Shown here piece by piece: positions 25,464 through 38,609 of a stretch of DNA of 64,000 nucleotides (its first letter is position 1; each line of letters begins with the position of its first letter). A program made the translations under genes and the position numbers. Origin of the DNA: Camelus ferus (Eukaryota); the NCBI RefSeq assembly GCF_009834535.1, contig NC_045696.1:868001-932000 (forward strand), given 5' to 3'. Below the pieces are notes generated by a model, which saw only the letters and a list, made by a program, of their open reading frames with translations, was not told where the DNA came from and did not search any database.

Positions 25464-25649
25464 CTGTAACAAATGCAGAACAAAGCGTCTGCAGTGCTTC
25501 AGTAATATTTCAAATTCTTACACTGAATATCAGCATAGGACGGTGAATATTCTGGAAGGCAGGCATCAGTTTTGGACATGATTCAATTCTCACACCCGCT
25601 GGTCACCACCTTGATGGCAGCCCCCTTTTGCTGTTCCTCCCAATTCCTG

Positions 25650-25810
25650 ACACACCGGGTACTTTGTGGGCACTGCCACCCTCCTCACACCAACTCAGCA
25701 AGACAGCTCTATTAGTTCCATTTTCCAGAGGTGGAACCTGAGGCCCAGGAAGGCCAAATGGTTTGTCCATAAGCTTCACAGCTACAAGCAAGGGAGCCAG
25801 CCTTTAAACT
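25650..25810 (-). mobile_element. MIR SINE remnant
   Basis: ttccattttccagaggtggaacctgaggcccagga matches the reverse-complement MIR core. Confidence 0.7.
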
Positions 25811-26799
25811 CCCACCTGCCAGGCACTGAAGCCAGTCCAGGTTCTGCCCGAGGGCCCCTGGCCTCCCTGCACTCAGCCAGGGGTACAACCAGGTGGCTGC
25901 CACCCAGGGCCTCGCCCGGCCATGGGCAGAGCTCACTGGTCAAGCTGACATTTTCACAAACAGTGCAAATACTCCTGGGGGAACAAAGGGCCCTTCCTAC
26001 ATGGAGACAGATCAGGAGTCATCTTAAATCTGTGCCCTTGAAACAGAGCCAGGGTCTAAAAGCTTTTACGGAACCACATGCATCACAGTCATCAATATGC
26101 CATTAGATCCTGGACATTAATTCTCTAAAAGTATTTCTGAACCTTTGAAAGGATTAACCCTTTACTGTATTAAACGCACCCCTCCTCCCGTAAGCTACAG
26201 TTGCTGGCTTTTCTCTTCCCACTTACAATGGACATTGACTTTATTTTTCCACCTCCATTCAGGTCACTTGGACGAAGAGGTTTTGCTACAGACCCCTTTC
26301 ACTTTACTCCCCGAGTATTACGAGGATCCCCTTCAGCTGCCAACAGCTCTATACTCCCAAATCTCACGCCTCAAAGACACTGGCCTTCCCGCGCTGGCTA
26401 ATTGATCCACATGGGGTCGCACGAGGGTTCAGGGAGTCACAGACCACAGGGGCACACAGGGTCCCCAAAGTCTCCCAAGAGAACTGGACAGGGTTTTAGA
26501 AGTCACCTAACCTAACTGCTTCTTGGGGGACTCCGGGTGCCCAACCTCTCGCGGCCACCTGCTCCCACAGGGTGGCCAGAGCCCCGTCCCCACCCTCACG
26601 GTCACCTGGCTGTCACTCTCCCCAGCGCAACTGTCATCCTAAGTGTGCTCCTTTCACACACAGCCAGTCGAATCCTATTTCCAAACCACAGCCTCTCAGA
26701 CAGCTTAGGAGGCGCAGAGGGGAAAGTCAGCTCCTCCTTCCGGGACAGCTTTTCCTGAGTCGGACTAACCTTCCTCGGCCCGGCAGCAGGCTGTCACGC

Positions 26800-26925
26800 A
26801 CGGTGAAGCAGGACCAGGCTCTGCCGTTGGAGAGGCCGGGGCTGAATCCTGACACCTGCACTAGCAGAACGACCTTGGGCGAGCTCCTTGATGCTAGTGA
26901 ACCTCAGCAGCCTCCTCACCTGTGA
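26800..26925 (+). mobile_element. MIR SINE remnant
   Basis: ggctgaatcctgac...gaccttgggcgagctccttga...gaacctcag...cctcacctgtga resembles the MIR core. Confidence 0.6.
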
Positions 26926-27637
26926 GCAGCCAGCGTCCAGGGCTGCGACAGCACCGTGGGGCAGCCCGCGGAGCACACGGCATCCCCGACCTGTCACCTG
27001 CCTGCACGCACCTGTCCAGCCTGCTCGCAGGCAGCACACAGCGGGGCGGGGCAGGGCCTGGAGGGGCAGCATCTCCACCCTCCGGATACCGTGCTCCTAC
27101 TCGCACAACCTGGACTCACCAGCTGCCCTCGGCCACCAGCCTGATCAGGCCTCAAAGATGGCTCAGGAGCCCTGACCGGGGCCTCTCCCGGAGGGCCAGA
27201 GGGGCCGGAGGGGCCCACGTGGAAGGAAGACCCCTAGGCCTCACACCGACCAGGCCGCAGCCCACGTGGTTAGGGACCCCGGCATTCACGTGCACAGTCA
27301 GGTCTGAGACGCACTGGCCCAGGGCCCTAGAGACCAAAAAAAGTCTTTCAATTCTAAGGTTTCTTTCAGGGAACATTTCAGAATAGAAAGCATTCTTTCT
27401 TTCCCACTCCTGCTATTAATAACCTGTGTGCACACTGAGTCAGCATGGAGGGCAAACAGAGGCTGCTTCAAGGGTCTGGAAATAAAAGTTGTAAAAACGG
27501 GGGAAAAGCAGCGTGCTGACAAAGCCCATAACCAGGAGATTTTCCTGTCGCCTTTTCCACCGACCTCCCTCTGAGCACTTTCTCCTTTGATCAAAGTTTG
27601 CAGAGCTAAGTATTGATTTTTTTAAATAAACAAATAC

Positions 27638-27683
27638 CGTATTCCTAGAAGTGAGTCTCACTGGGGACTGGAGCAAAGTCAAA
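27638..27683 (-). CDS. Internal coding exon (46 nt) of an unidentified minus-strand gene; xLTLLQSPVRLTSRNT
   Basis: Strong acceptor gttccttttcctcttcag and donor ACG|gtattt. One open frame ends in phase 0, matching the next exon. Confidence 0.6.
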
Positions 27684-28125
27684 CTGAAGAGGAAAAGGAA
27701 CAGCAAGGCACAGGTGTCTCTGACGACTTCCGGGAGCCAGTGGGCTCAGCCCTGCGTGTCCGCGTGACCAGCACCGCCGCCTCCATCAGCCAAGAGCTTC
27801 TTAACCTAAGCTGCTAAAAGGCCCTTCTGTGCCATCTGGGATTTGTGCTAACTGAACCAGCAATTGCTGATGAAGCCAAAACCTCCCCTCCTTCTAGAGC
27901 ATTTACTGCATGTGGGGAGGGACGTGGTGGGGGGAGGAAAGCCAGCAACAGGGGCAATAATGAACTCCTCACACACCAGCGTGTGTGACCCTGACCAGGA
28001 GAAAACCAGTCGTCGGGGCCCCAGGCCGGAAACAGCAGGATCAATAAACGCACCCCCAGCACTCCAAGGCCTGACCTCCGGGGCTGGGGGCCGCGCACTG
28101 TGTTTCTGCAAAAGTCCCCCGTGAC

Positions 28126-28218
28126 TTTCCTGTGCCGTCAGGGTGGAGAAGCTGCTCCAGGAGCAAGATTTGCTGAGATTCTTTACAACCACCATTTTGC
28201 AGGAGTGAGGTGGGTTTC
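28126..28218 (-). CDS. Possible upstream coding exon (93 nt, phase 2-2): KPTSLLQNGGCKESQQILLLEQLLHPDGTG
   Basis: Acceptor gtgttgtgtcctag and an open frame compatible with the 27.66-kb exon, but the donor AAA|gtcacg is poor. Confidence 0.25.
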
Positions 28219-28430
28219 CTAGGACACAACACCGCTAACGTCATGGGGCGGTGACTGGGTGTCCTGAATGTGGAGGAGTCTCTAAGACAGACAGACAGAC
28301 TGGTGCTCACAATGACATAACTGCCCACGTACACGCACAGTGCTCTGTCCCAGCACGCTCACCTTCAAGCGGACCAAAATAGTGAACCCGAGGCCCAGCT
28401 GACGCTTCAGCTCTGCCTCCCGGGCTATGG

Positions 28431-28611
28431 CAACGGTCAGCAAACACTGCCCACAGCCCGTGTCTGTACAACCTGAGAACTGAGAATGGTTTCTATGATT
28501 TTAAAAGGTTGAGAAAAAAAGAAAAGAATGGAAGACAGAGCCCACGTGTGGCCCACACACATAAAATACTCACCATTGTGGACCTCCATAGAAAGCGCCT
28601 GCGGACTCCTG
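28431..28611 (+). mobile_element. MER58-type hAT MITE (MER58C-like)
   Basis: ggtcagcaaac...gagaatggttt...gacagagcccacgtgtggccc...aaaatactcaccatt...gactcctg. Confidence 0.75.
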
Positions 28612-29951
28612 GGTTGCGGCAGCCGCAGTTGGGATGCCCCAGCGTGGGGCCACACCGGCAGGCACTTTCTCTGCCAACCTCAAAGCCAAAGAAAGACCTG
28701 AAATGCCCTGAAAGGTGGAAATGTGCTCAGTCACCCTAAGACCCTCAAGAGAAAACAGCCACCAACAGCCCAGAGGCTGCTGTCTCCATGTGCACGAGGG
28801 GAGCGTCCAGCCCAGTGAGCCCAGGACTGGCAGCCCAGGTCTCCGCAGGCACCTCGGCTGGTGAGGGGCCAGGCCTGCTCAGGCCCTGGCTGGTCCCTTA
28901 CCTACTGGGCCGGGCCTCACTGTGCCACCAAAGGAAAGCGCCAAGACTCCCAGGGGAGCCTTGAATCCCAAGACGCTGCTGGGACTAATGCCAACAGGAA
29001 CATCCCTGCGCAGCCTAAGGGGCCAATATAGCCATGCTGTCCACGGTTAAACGAGGCGCTGGCCGATGGTGGGGAAGGATGTCAGAACGCCAAACACACA
29101 AGAGTGTGCTACACTCAGGAAGCCAAGCCTAGAACCTTGCCCCGCAGACAGCAACAAGGTGCTAATAAGAAGGGCCCGCGGAGGTCTTCCTGCTGGGCCC
29201 GGGCGCCTCTCCACTTCTGGCCCAGGAGGCTCTGCTGACAGACTCCAACCAGCTCAGCAAACCAGAAAAGGAGGCGCACTTCCCCAAGACAGCCTCCCTG
29301 GAAGCTGCCTGAACAGCACTAACCAGGCTCCCCGAAGCCAAAGGAAAGCAGGATTTGGTTATCTGCAACATCACTGGCGTAAGGCACGAGTCGGACGGAG
29401 GTGCTCTGCCGGGCTCCCGCTCTGTATCACAGCCCTGTGCAGGCCACGTGCTCACAAAATTGATTTAGGAGAGATTATTCATCTCCATTTTACATTTTCA
29501 TGTTCTGGAACTCTGCCAGCAGCAGCTCTTGTTCTTCCAGGGGTCAGGAAGCGGCAGACAAGGCGATCTCCTGCTGCTGTAAACGGAGCCCCACTTCCCC
29601 TTATGAATCTCCTGTCCATTTTCAAATTACTTCAAATACGATTGCCCTTCATTGAGACAGTGTTTTATGTCTCCACGTCTACCTTCTGCCGTGCCTGGTT
29701 ACCTGCTGGCTGCAGGCAGCTCTCCCTCGGAGCCCCCAGGCGCCTGTGTCGGAGGCAGCGTGCGCAGACAGGGCAGGGAGGGGCCCCTGCAGCCTCCGGT
29801 TCCAGCAAGCTTGCTGAGCGCAGCCAACAGAACCAGTACGTCTTGCATTCTAAAAATCCCTGCTCCTGGCCCCGCTTCCCCCACCATCATGTGCCTTATT
29901 CTCTTTTGTGGGAAACACGTGACAGATCATTGCTGTCTTCTGCCCACGCTG

Positions 29952-29996
29952 CACCGCCCTCTGTCACAACACACCGCCCTCTGTCACAACACACCG
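29952..29996 (+). repeat. 20-bp tandem repeat caccgccctctgtcacaaca, 2.25 copies
   Basis: Directly visible in sequence. Confidence 0.95.
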
Positions 29997-30199
29997 GTGG
30001 CTCCATTCTTACAACCCCTGTTCACTGTGTCTGTCTTTCCCAACAATGTGAAGCTCCTTGGGGCAGGGTCTTCATCTATTCTGTTCACCCGGAAAAGGGC
30101 CTGGTAGCAATCTATAAATTTGAATTTAAAAACTGTTGGTCTCAAACCCTGAGTTTCCAAGAAACTAAAGTAAAAAGGGAAGTAAATGAGTTTCAATTT

Positions 30200-33100
30200 T
30201 GACTGTGTTCTCAGTGTCTGAGGAACAGCAAGGATGCCCACATGGTTAACATCAGCTGGGGCGACTGGCAGGAGGTGAGTCTGGGAGCAGGCAGAGGCCA
30301 GGTCATGTGAAACCCACGACCACTCTGCCCTGTATTATGAGGGACACAGGAGACTCCAGAGAGTTAGATAGCAGATGGCATGATCTAATCTATGTTTTTT
30401 AATTAAACTTTTCATTTTGAGATAATTGTAGATTTATATGCAGTTGTAGAAATACTACAGAGATAATCCATGCAACTTTAGCCCACGTCCCCCAAGAGTG
30501 ACATCTTGCCAAATGAAAGCACAATCTCACCACCAAGATATTGACAGTTGACACAATCAAGATATAGAGCATTTCTTTCCCCACAAGGATGCCTCACGTT
30601 TCACTTTCACAGACACAACCACATCCGTCCCACCCCCATCTCCTCCTTAACCCCTGGCAACCACTAATTTGTTCTCCATTTCTGTAATTCTCTCATTCCA
30701 AGAATGTTATATACATAAACAGAATCATACAGTAGATAACCTCCAAGACTGCCTTTTTTCACTCAGCCTGATTCTCTGGGGATTCATCCACGTTGCGTCC
30801 TGTGTCTGTAGGTCAGCCCTTTTTATTGCCACGTAGTGCTCCGTGGTACAGATGCGCCATAGCTTGTTTAATCATTCATCTACTGAAGAACGTCTGGGTG
30901 GTTTCCAGCACGTGGCTATTGCAAATACACCTACTATGAACATTTGTGAACAGGTTTTTTCCGTGAACATAGTTTTCATTCCTCTGGGATAAATGTACAG
31001 GAGTATACATTGCTGTGTTGTGTGGTAGTTACAAGTTTAGTTTTATAAGGACCTACCAAACTGTTTTCCAGAATGGTCGTATCATTTTACACTTGCCTCA
31101 ACACTGTATGAGATCCAATTCCTCCACATCCTCACCATCATTTTTTTAATCTTAGTCCTTCTGATGTATGTGCAGCGATACCTCACTGGGTTTTAATTTA
31201 CATTTGCTGAATGACTAATGATGTTGAACACCTTTCCATGTGCGTATCTGCTGTCTGTAGCTCCCTCGGTGAAATGCCTCCTGTCCTCCACAGAGTTTCT
31301 AACTGTATTATCTACTTTTTTACTGTTGAGTTTTGATAGTTCTTCATATAGCCCATTATCAGTCTTTTCTCAGATATGTGTTTGCAAACATTTCTCCTCT
31401 GTAGCTTGTCCTTTCATCCTCTTACAGATTGTTTTGCAGAGAAAAAGTTTTTAATTTTGAGGAAATCGAATTTATCAATTTTCCTCTTATAAATGACATT
31501 TGGTACTAGGTCCAAGAACTCTTCCCAGCTCTTTCCCTAGAATGTGAAATTTTCTCATATTTTTCCTAAGTTTTATAGTTTTACATTTTAGATTTGAGTT
31601 TGAGATCTATTTTGTGTTAGTTTTTGTATAAGGTGTGAAACATAGATTGAGGTTCATTTTTTTGCCTATGGGTGTACCATTTGTTGGAAAGGCTATCCTT
31701 CCTCCATTGAATTGCTTTTGCAGTTCTCAAAATCACTTGAAAAAATAATTTCACAAAAATTATTTGTGCATACTTCTGTGGTTTTCTGTACCATTTTCTA
31801 TACTGGGTTCCCTATACTGTTCCACTACCCTCTGTGTCTATCCTTCCAACAATATCACATCATCTTGATTACTGTGGCTATAAAATTAGTTCTGAAACTG
31901 GGCAGACTGGTTCCTCTCACTTTATTCTTCCTTTTCAAAACTGTTTTAATTATTTTGGTTCCTTTGTTTTCTATATTTACTTTGGGGTTAGCTTGTCTAT
32001 ATCTATAAAAAATTTTGCTGCAATTTTAATAGAAACTGCATTAAACCTGTATGATAATTTGATAAGACTAGACATCTTTACTGTGTTGAATTTTCCAATC
32101 CATGAACATGGTATGTCACTCCATTTATTTAGATAAACTTTGATTTCTTTCACCAGGATTTTGTATTTTTCAGCATAAAGTCCTATAAATGTCATGTTAG
32201 ATTTACAACTACTTGTTTGTTCATTCTTCAGAAAGTATATTGCATCTTAAATTTTAGTGTCCACATGTACATTGACAGTATACAAAAATAAAATTGATTA
32301 TTGTGTGTTTGTTTTGTATTGTGCAACCTTGCAGAACTCATTTATTAGTTCTACATTTGTGGTTTTTTGGTCTTGTTTTTGTAGATTCCTTGGGATTTTC
32401 TACATAGATAATCGTGTCATCTGCAGATATGTACAACTTTATTTCATCTTTTCTGATCTGTAGGCCTTTTCTTTTCTTATTTTATTGCACAGGATAGAAC
32501 TTTCAGGACCACAGGAAGTAGGAACCTACATCTTGTCCTATTTCTGATCTTTGGGAAAAATCATTTAGTCTTTCATTATTAAGTATAACATTAGCTGTAA
32601 GTTTGTGTAGATGCTGCTTATCAAGCTGAATAACTTCGCCTTTATTCTTAGTTTTCTGAGAGTTTTTAATCAGATGTTGGATTTTGTCACATATTTCATT
32701 ACATTGAGTGATGTGATCATTTGGGTGTTCTTCTTTACTATGTTAATAAGATATATCACACAAATTGATTTTCACATACTGAACCAAGCTTGCATCCCTG
32801 GTACAAACTCCACTTGGTTATGGTGCACAATTATTTGTATGTATTGCAAAACTCTGTTTGGTAATATTTTGCTGCAGATTTTTCCACCTATATTCACAAG
32901 TGATGCTGGTCTGTATTTTTAATGTCTTTTTATGGCTTGAATACAAGGGTAATACTAGCTTTAAAAAATTGACTGGGAACTGTTCAGTCCTTATATATCT
33001 TTTGGGAAATACAATTATCAAAATTAAAAACTCAATGGATGGGCTCAAAAGCAAAAAAAAAAAAAAAAAAAAAATGGAGGAGTCAGATGAAAGAATCAAT

Positions 33101-34410
33101 GAAACAGGAGACGGAATGTTTAAAAATTACCCACTCTGAACAACAGAGAGAGAATAGACTGAAAAACATTAACCAGAGGCTCAGAGACCTGTGGCAGTAT
33201 GACAAAAGAGCTAACAATCATGCCATCAGAGATCCAAAAGAAGAGAAGAAAAATAACAGAGCTGGAAAAGTACTTGAAGAAATAATGGCTGGAGTAGAGT
33301 AGTTATGGTCTAAAAGTTTCTGTCTTGCTAAGCTGTCTCTTTCTTGGTCTTTTGGCTATAGAGAGCAGGCTTTTGTTGCATTTGTTTTCTGTGCCCACTA
33401 GTATTTATTGGTTGCTAACTTCTCAGACTTAAGTCTCTGATATACAAGGCAAAAAGAATACTTAAGGAATTCACTGTTATGTCATTTCTTGGGTCCTGAG
33501 GTCCCTAGCTGGCCTATCTTCCTCTCATCTTCCAGAGTCTATGTGTGTTTAGTATATAACACCCAGGATCTTTAGTTGGACTTGGAAGAATAGAAAAAAG
33601 TACATCAACTCCATCTTCCCAGAAGTGGAAGTTAACCAACATTTTTAGAAAGATCATTCTGACTACTATGGGAATAATTACTTGTAACTGGGCAAAAACT
33701 GAAGCAAGAAGATCTGTTAAAGGCTAATAAAATTATCTAGATGAAAGATAATTGTGACTTGGGAGCAAAGTGATAGTGGTGGAGGTGGTAAGAAATATTT
33801 AGATACTGACTGTGTTGTGAAGAAAGTGCAGACAGAATTTGCAGATATTTTAGACACGGGATATGAGAGAAAGAAGTCAAAGATGAGTCCCAGGGTTTTA
33901 GCCTGACAAATGAAAGAATGAAGTTACCATCAATTAATATAAAGAAAGCTGAGGAAGGAGCAGGCTGCGACAAGGAATGATGATTGAGTCGTTTTTCAAA
34001 TAAGATGAAAGAGACGTTCATGATACAGCCAAAGGACAGTGTTACATATGCTTATGGATATAAGCCTGGAGTTTGGGGGCTAGAAAGATATATTTAAGAT
34101 TCATCAGGGCACAGGTTGTATTTAAAGCCATGAAATCAGGTGAGACTGCTGAGGGAATGAAGTAAAAAGAAAAGAGTACCAAGGATGTAGCCCTGGACTC
34201 TCCAATAAAGACTGGGATACGGGAAGGGCCAAGCAAAAAGATATTGAGAAGAAGTAATCAGAAATCTAGAAGAAAAGCTGCAATAGAGACATGTCCCAGA
34301 AGTCAAATAAAGAAAAGTGTTCTAAGGAAGAGGGAACAATAGCCTGGATGCTGCTGACAGGTCAAGCAATATGAAGACTAAGACTTGATCACTGGATTTA
34401 CCATAGTGTA
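30200..34410 (-). mobile_element. L2 element split by an L1 (pieces at about 30200-30396 and 33640-34410)
   Basis: gcatgatctaatctatgtttt rejoins ttttagaaagatcattctgactact, as in the recalled L2 consensus; gagtcccagggttttagcctgacaaatgaaagaatgaagttacc. Confidence 0.75.
30397..33632 (-). mobile_element. L1MC-like element keeping both its 3' end and 5' end, with an inverted ORF1 piece at about 33005-33290
   Basis: 3' end ttttcattttgagataattgtagatt; ORF2 peptide NKWSDIPCSWIGKFNTVKMS (ORF 31977..32195); plus-strand ORF1 peptide QRLRDLWQYDKRANN...KVLEEIMA; 5' end ccatcttcccagaagtggaagt. Confidence 0.85.
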
Positions 34411-34429
34411 ACTGAAGAAAAAAGAAAAC

Positions 34430-37315
34430 AAAATCAGTTATAAAAATCAATAAAAGTACAGTCAGACCAAAAAAAGAAAGTAAATCAATAAAAGCAAAAT
34501 CTTATATTTGAAAAATTAATAAAATTGATAAACTGCTAGCTAGATTGATTTTAAAAAGAGAGAAAATATATGTTACAAATCTCAGTGAAGCAGGTGACAT
34601 CATTACAGACCTTACAATAATAAAAAGAATAATGATGCAATATAAAGATAAACTTTATATCACTGAACTCAATAACTTAGAAAAATCAGTACTTTACAAA
34701 ACACAAATTACTAAAACTGACTCAGGACACAAAAATCTGAAAAGCTTCAAAAGCTAAAATCTTAATTAAAAATCTTCCCACAAAGGAAATTTGAGGCCTG
34801 GATGAATTCTATCAAAAATATACGGAAAAAAATAATACACCCAACACAAACACTTTCAAAAAATAGAGGAAGAAACATGGCCTAAAACATTTGATGAGAC
34901 CAGCTTTATCCTATGACAAAACCAGGCAACTATATTACAAGAGAAGAAAGCCACTGAACAATTTTCCTCATGATCATAGACATGAAAGTCCTTTAAAAAG
35001 TACTGGCAAATCAAACTCAGGAAAATGGCTAGATATATTTTTATTTTTAAAAAAAGATAATCTGTCAGGACCAAGTGGGGTTCAACCTAGGAATGCAAGG
35101 TTGGCTTAACATTCAAAATTCAATAAATGCAATTCAAATATCAACAGAACAAAAGAAAAATAACCTATGATTATTTCACTAAATGGAAAAAAAGCATTTG
35201 ACAAAATCCAACACACATTCATGATTTAAAAACTCAAAAATTTAGGAGTAAAAGAAGAAATTTCCTCAAGCTGATAAATGGATCTACGAAAAACCTACCA
35301 TTAACATAATTAATAATGAGTGACTGAATGCTTTCCCCCTAAGATAAAGAACAAGACAAAAACATCCTCTCTCACCAATTCCATTAAATATTACACTAGA
35401 GGTCCTAGACAATAAGGTGGGGAAAATAAATATAAGGCATACACATTGGAAAAGAGAAAGTAAAACTATCTTTGTAGATGACAAGACCATGGAGGAAAAG
35501 ATTATTAAAATAAATAAGTGACTTTGGCTAAGTGGAAGACATAAGTTCAAAATACGAAAACAAACTGTATTTCCATATGCTAGCTAACAACTAGAAATTA
35601 AAATCTTTTAAAAACAATCGCTTATAGTAATATCCAAAAACATGAAATGTTTGATGGAATAAACTTAACAAAATACACGTAAGAACTGTATACTGAGATC
35701 TTCAAGACTGCTGAGAGAAATTAAACACTTAATAAACGAAGAGATTACAATATGTATTGATTGAAAGATTCAGTACTCTTAAGATGTCACTTCTTCTTGA
35801 ATTGGCCTACAGATTCAAAGCAATCTCAATCAAAATCCTAGCAGAGTATTTGGAAGAAGTTGAGAAGCTGATTCTAAAATTTTATTAAAAGACCTAGAAT
35901 AGTCACAACTATTTGGAAAAATAAGAACAAAGCTGGAGGATTTAGTTTACCTGATTTCAGATATCCAATAATCAATACAGTGTGATATTAGTATAAGGAT
36001 AGGCATGTAAATGGAAAAGAATAGAGAATTTCAAAATAAACCCAAGCAATTATAATCAACTCATTTTTGATAAAGGTGCAAACACAGTCCAATGGAGAAA
36101 GGAAATAATTTCCAACAACTGCATCAGAAGAACTGGGTATCCATATATATATATAAACCTCAATCCTTACCTAACGCCATACACAAAGATTAACCTAAAT
36201 ATAAAAGCTAAACCTGTGGAAATTTTAGAAGAAAACTAAGAAGAAATTCTTTCTTCTTGGACCTTGGGGTAGAGAAGAATTTCTTAGATACATCAATAAA
36301 AACAATATACCAATCCAGGGAAAAATAATAATTTATATTTCATCAAAATTTTAAAATTCTGCTCCTTGAAAGACACTATTTACAAAATGAAGAGGCAAAT
36401 AACAGATGGAAAAAACATTTCTCATACATATATCTGAAAAAGGACTAGTATTCATAATATACAAAGCACTTTGTAACTCAATAATAAGGAAACACCAGCT
36501 CAATTAAAAAATAGCAAAATACTTCAACAGATACATCACAGAGACATACAAACAGCTAAAAAGCAAATGAAAAAGAAGTTTGCCATCATTAGTCTTCAGG
36601 AAAACAACTAAGATCACAATGAGATGCTAATATCTATCATTAGTCTTTAGGAAAACAAAAACTAAAATCACAATGAGATACTAATACACACCTAGCAGAA
36701 TGGCCAAAATAGAATGACTGACGATAAGAAGTACTGATTCAATACTGGAACTGTCACATGTGGCTGCAGGAGTATACAATCGCTCAACAACTTCAACAAC
36801 ATTCGAAAACAGTTTGGTAGAACCTCGTAAAATCACTTACCACAGCACTGACCATTCTACCTAGCCATTCCACTCGTATATTTACCCAGGAGAAAGATAA
36901 CACATTCTCACACAAAGACATGTACACAAGTATCCAGAGCAGCTTTATTTATCACAGTCAAAAGCCGTAAACAATCCGAACGTTTATCAATAGGCAATTA
37001 AACAAACATGCTGTACAATGGAACAATACTCGGCAGTAAAACAGGAACAAAATATATCCGTACAACATGGATTAATCTCAAAAGCACAGATACTGAACGA
37101 AGAAGCCAGACACAAGAAAGAAGTCAGAGCATGAAATTCTAGAAAAAGGGAATCTTATTAATGGTGACAAAAGAGTATCTGAATGGAAAGGGGCACCAGA
37201 ACCCTTTAGGATGATGCTCTATAGCTTGATTGTGGTGGTAGACATATATATATCAAAATTTATTAACCTGTACACTTAAAATAGATGCATTAGATTGTAT
37301 AAAATTACTCCAACG
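34430..37315 (+). mobile_element. Old L1 ORF2 to 3' end
   Basis: Degenerate RT motifs aaagcatttgacaaaatcca (KAFDKI) and tttgtagatgac (FxDD); 3' end ctgtacacttaaaatagatgc. Confidence 0.88.
36585..36686 (+). repeat. Imperfect duplication of about 50 bp within L1
   Basis: atcattagtctt(c/t)aggaaaacaa...tcacaatgagat(g/a)ctaata occurs twice. Confidence 0.85.
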
Positions 37316-38535
37316 GAGGGGGATTCTGCCTTTCATTAGAATGTTGTGGGTCAGAGCAGGCCAACACTACCAATGGAACAAGATTTTTTTTTAATGATAA
37401 GTTTCAAAAACTGTATTTCTAAAACCATCAAAGCAATGAAGACTATATGAATTAAAATTCCTCACAAGGAAGAGCCCTTCTAGATAAGCTAAAAATAAAC
37501 TGCTAATTCTAAACACTGGCTAAGAATCAGGCTTGGTCCAAGCTAAGGGTTTTTATGGGAGGAAAGAAAAACCAGGAGAGCTTTTTCAAAACCTCAAGGC
37601 CTGCAACAGACTGGAAACTAAAGGAGTGTCTAATGCAAGACCTGCTCTCCCCAACAGACAACTGCTGAGTTCTGGGACTGTGCAAAAGGCCAGGGGACTG
37701 GCCAGCAAGACAGACTGACACCTCTCCCCACATCTTCAGGTGTTTAGGGGCTGAGTTACACTAAAGGAAAAGGGCCTGAAATAAATACACAGTCCATCTC
37801 CCCCTTCAGGTCACTTGCCAGATTGTACACTCATCAGTGTGTAGCAGAAGCTCAAAATCTTTAACTGCCTGAACTTTCAGGGCTGAGGTATAGGATCATG
37901 TAAGCAAGAACCCACAAAGGCTGTTCTCAAGATCAGGGACAAACTAGAGGTTTCTAAACAGTGGCTTAGAGTCCACCTCAAGAAGCTAAAATTAAAAAAA
38001 AGAGAGAGAGCAAAGTAAACCCCAAAAAAGTCAAAAGAAACAAATAATGAGCAGAAATCAACAATATTTTTTAAAGGCATGGAGAAAATTAACCAAGCTA
38101 AAAGACGGTTCTTTGAAAAGATAAACAAAATGTATAAATGTGTATAAACTCATAGCTATAATGATCAAGATAAAAAAATAATAAAGGTACAAATCATCAA
38201 TATCAAAAATGAAAGAAGAATTATCTCTACAGATCCTACAGACAATAAAATAAAAGATTATCTTGAACTACTTTAGCCAATAAATTCAACAACTTAGAAG
38301 AATAGGTAAAATTCCTTGAAAGACAACAACTACAAAAGCTCATTCAGAAAGAAAGAAATAACCTGCAAAGGGCCATACTGATTATATAAATTGAATTCCT
38401 AGTTAAAAACTCTAAGATCAGAGGGCTACACTGATAAAATTCTACCAAACATTTATAAAGGAAATAATACTGATTATACAAACTCTTCCAGAAAACAGAA
38501 GAGAACACTCTGAATTCGTTTTATGAGGCAAACAT

Positions 38536-38609
38536 CTTTTTTTAAATTTTTATTTAATTTTTTTATTGAAGTTCAGTCAGGTTACAATGTTGTATCAATT
38601 TCTGGTGTA
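38536..38609 (-). mobile_element. Short young L1 3' tail insertion
   Basis: ttttttattgaagttcagtcaggttacaatgttgtatcaatttctggtgta is the reverse complement of the tail at 17520-17560; degenerate gaggc.aa..atctt flanks. Confidence 0.75.

Noticed and set aside
26227..26405. Possible exon (minus donor ATT|gtaagt near 26226; plus acceptor ...ccattcag near 26262)
   Set aside because: The minus candidate lacks a pyrimidine-rich acceptor and has an upstream in-frame stop. The plus candidate has no partner exons.
29066..30202. 378-aa plus-strand ORF
   Set aside because: No recognisable homology; it runs through a 20-bp tandem duplication and is antisense to the inferred gene. Probably chance, though a BLASTP or PhyloCSF check is cheap.
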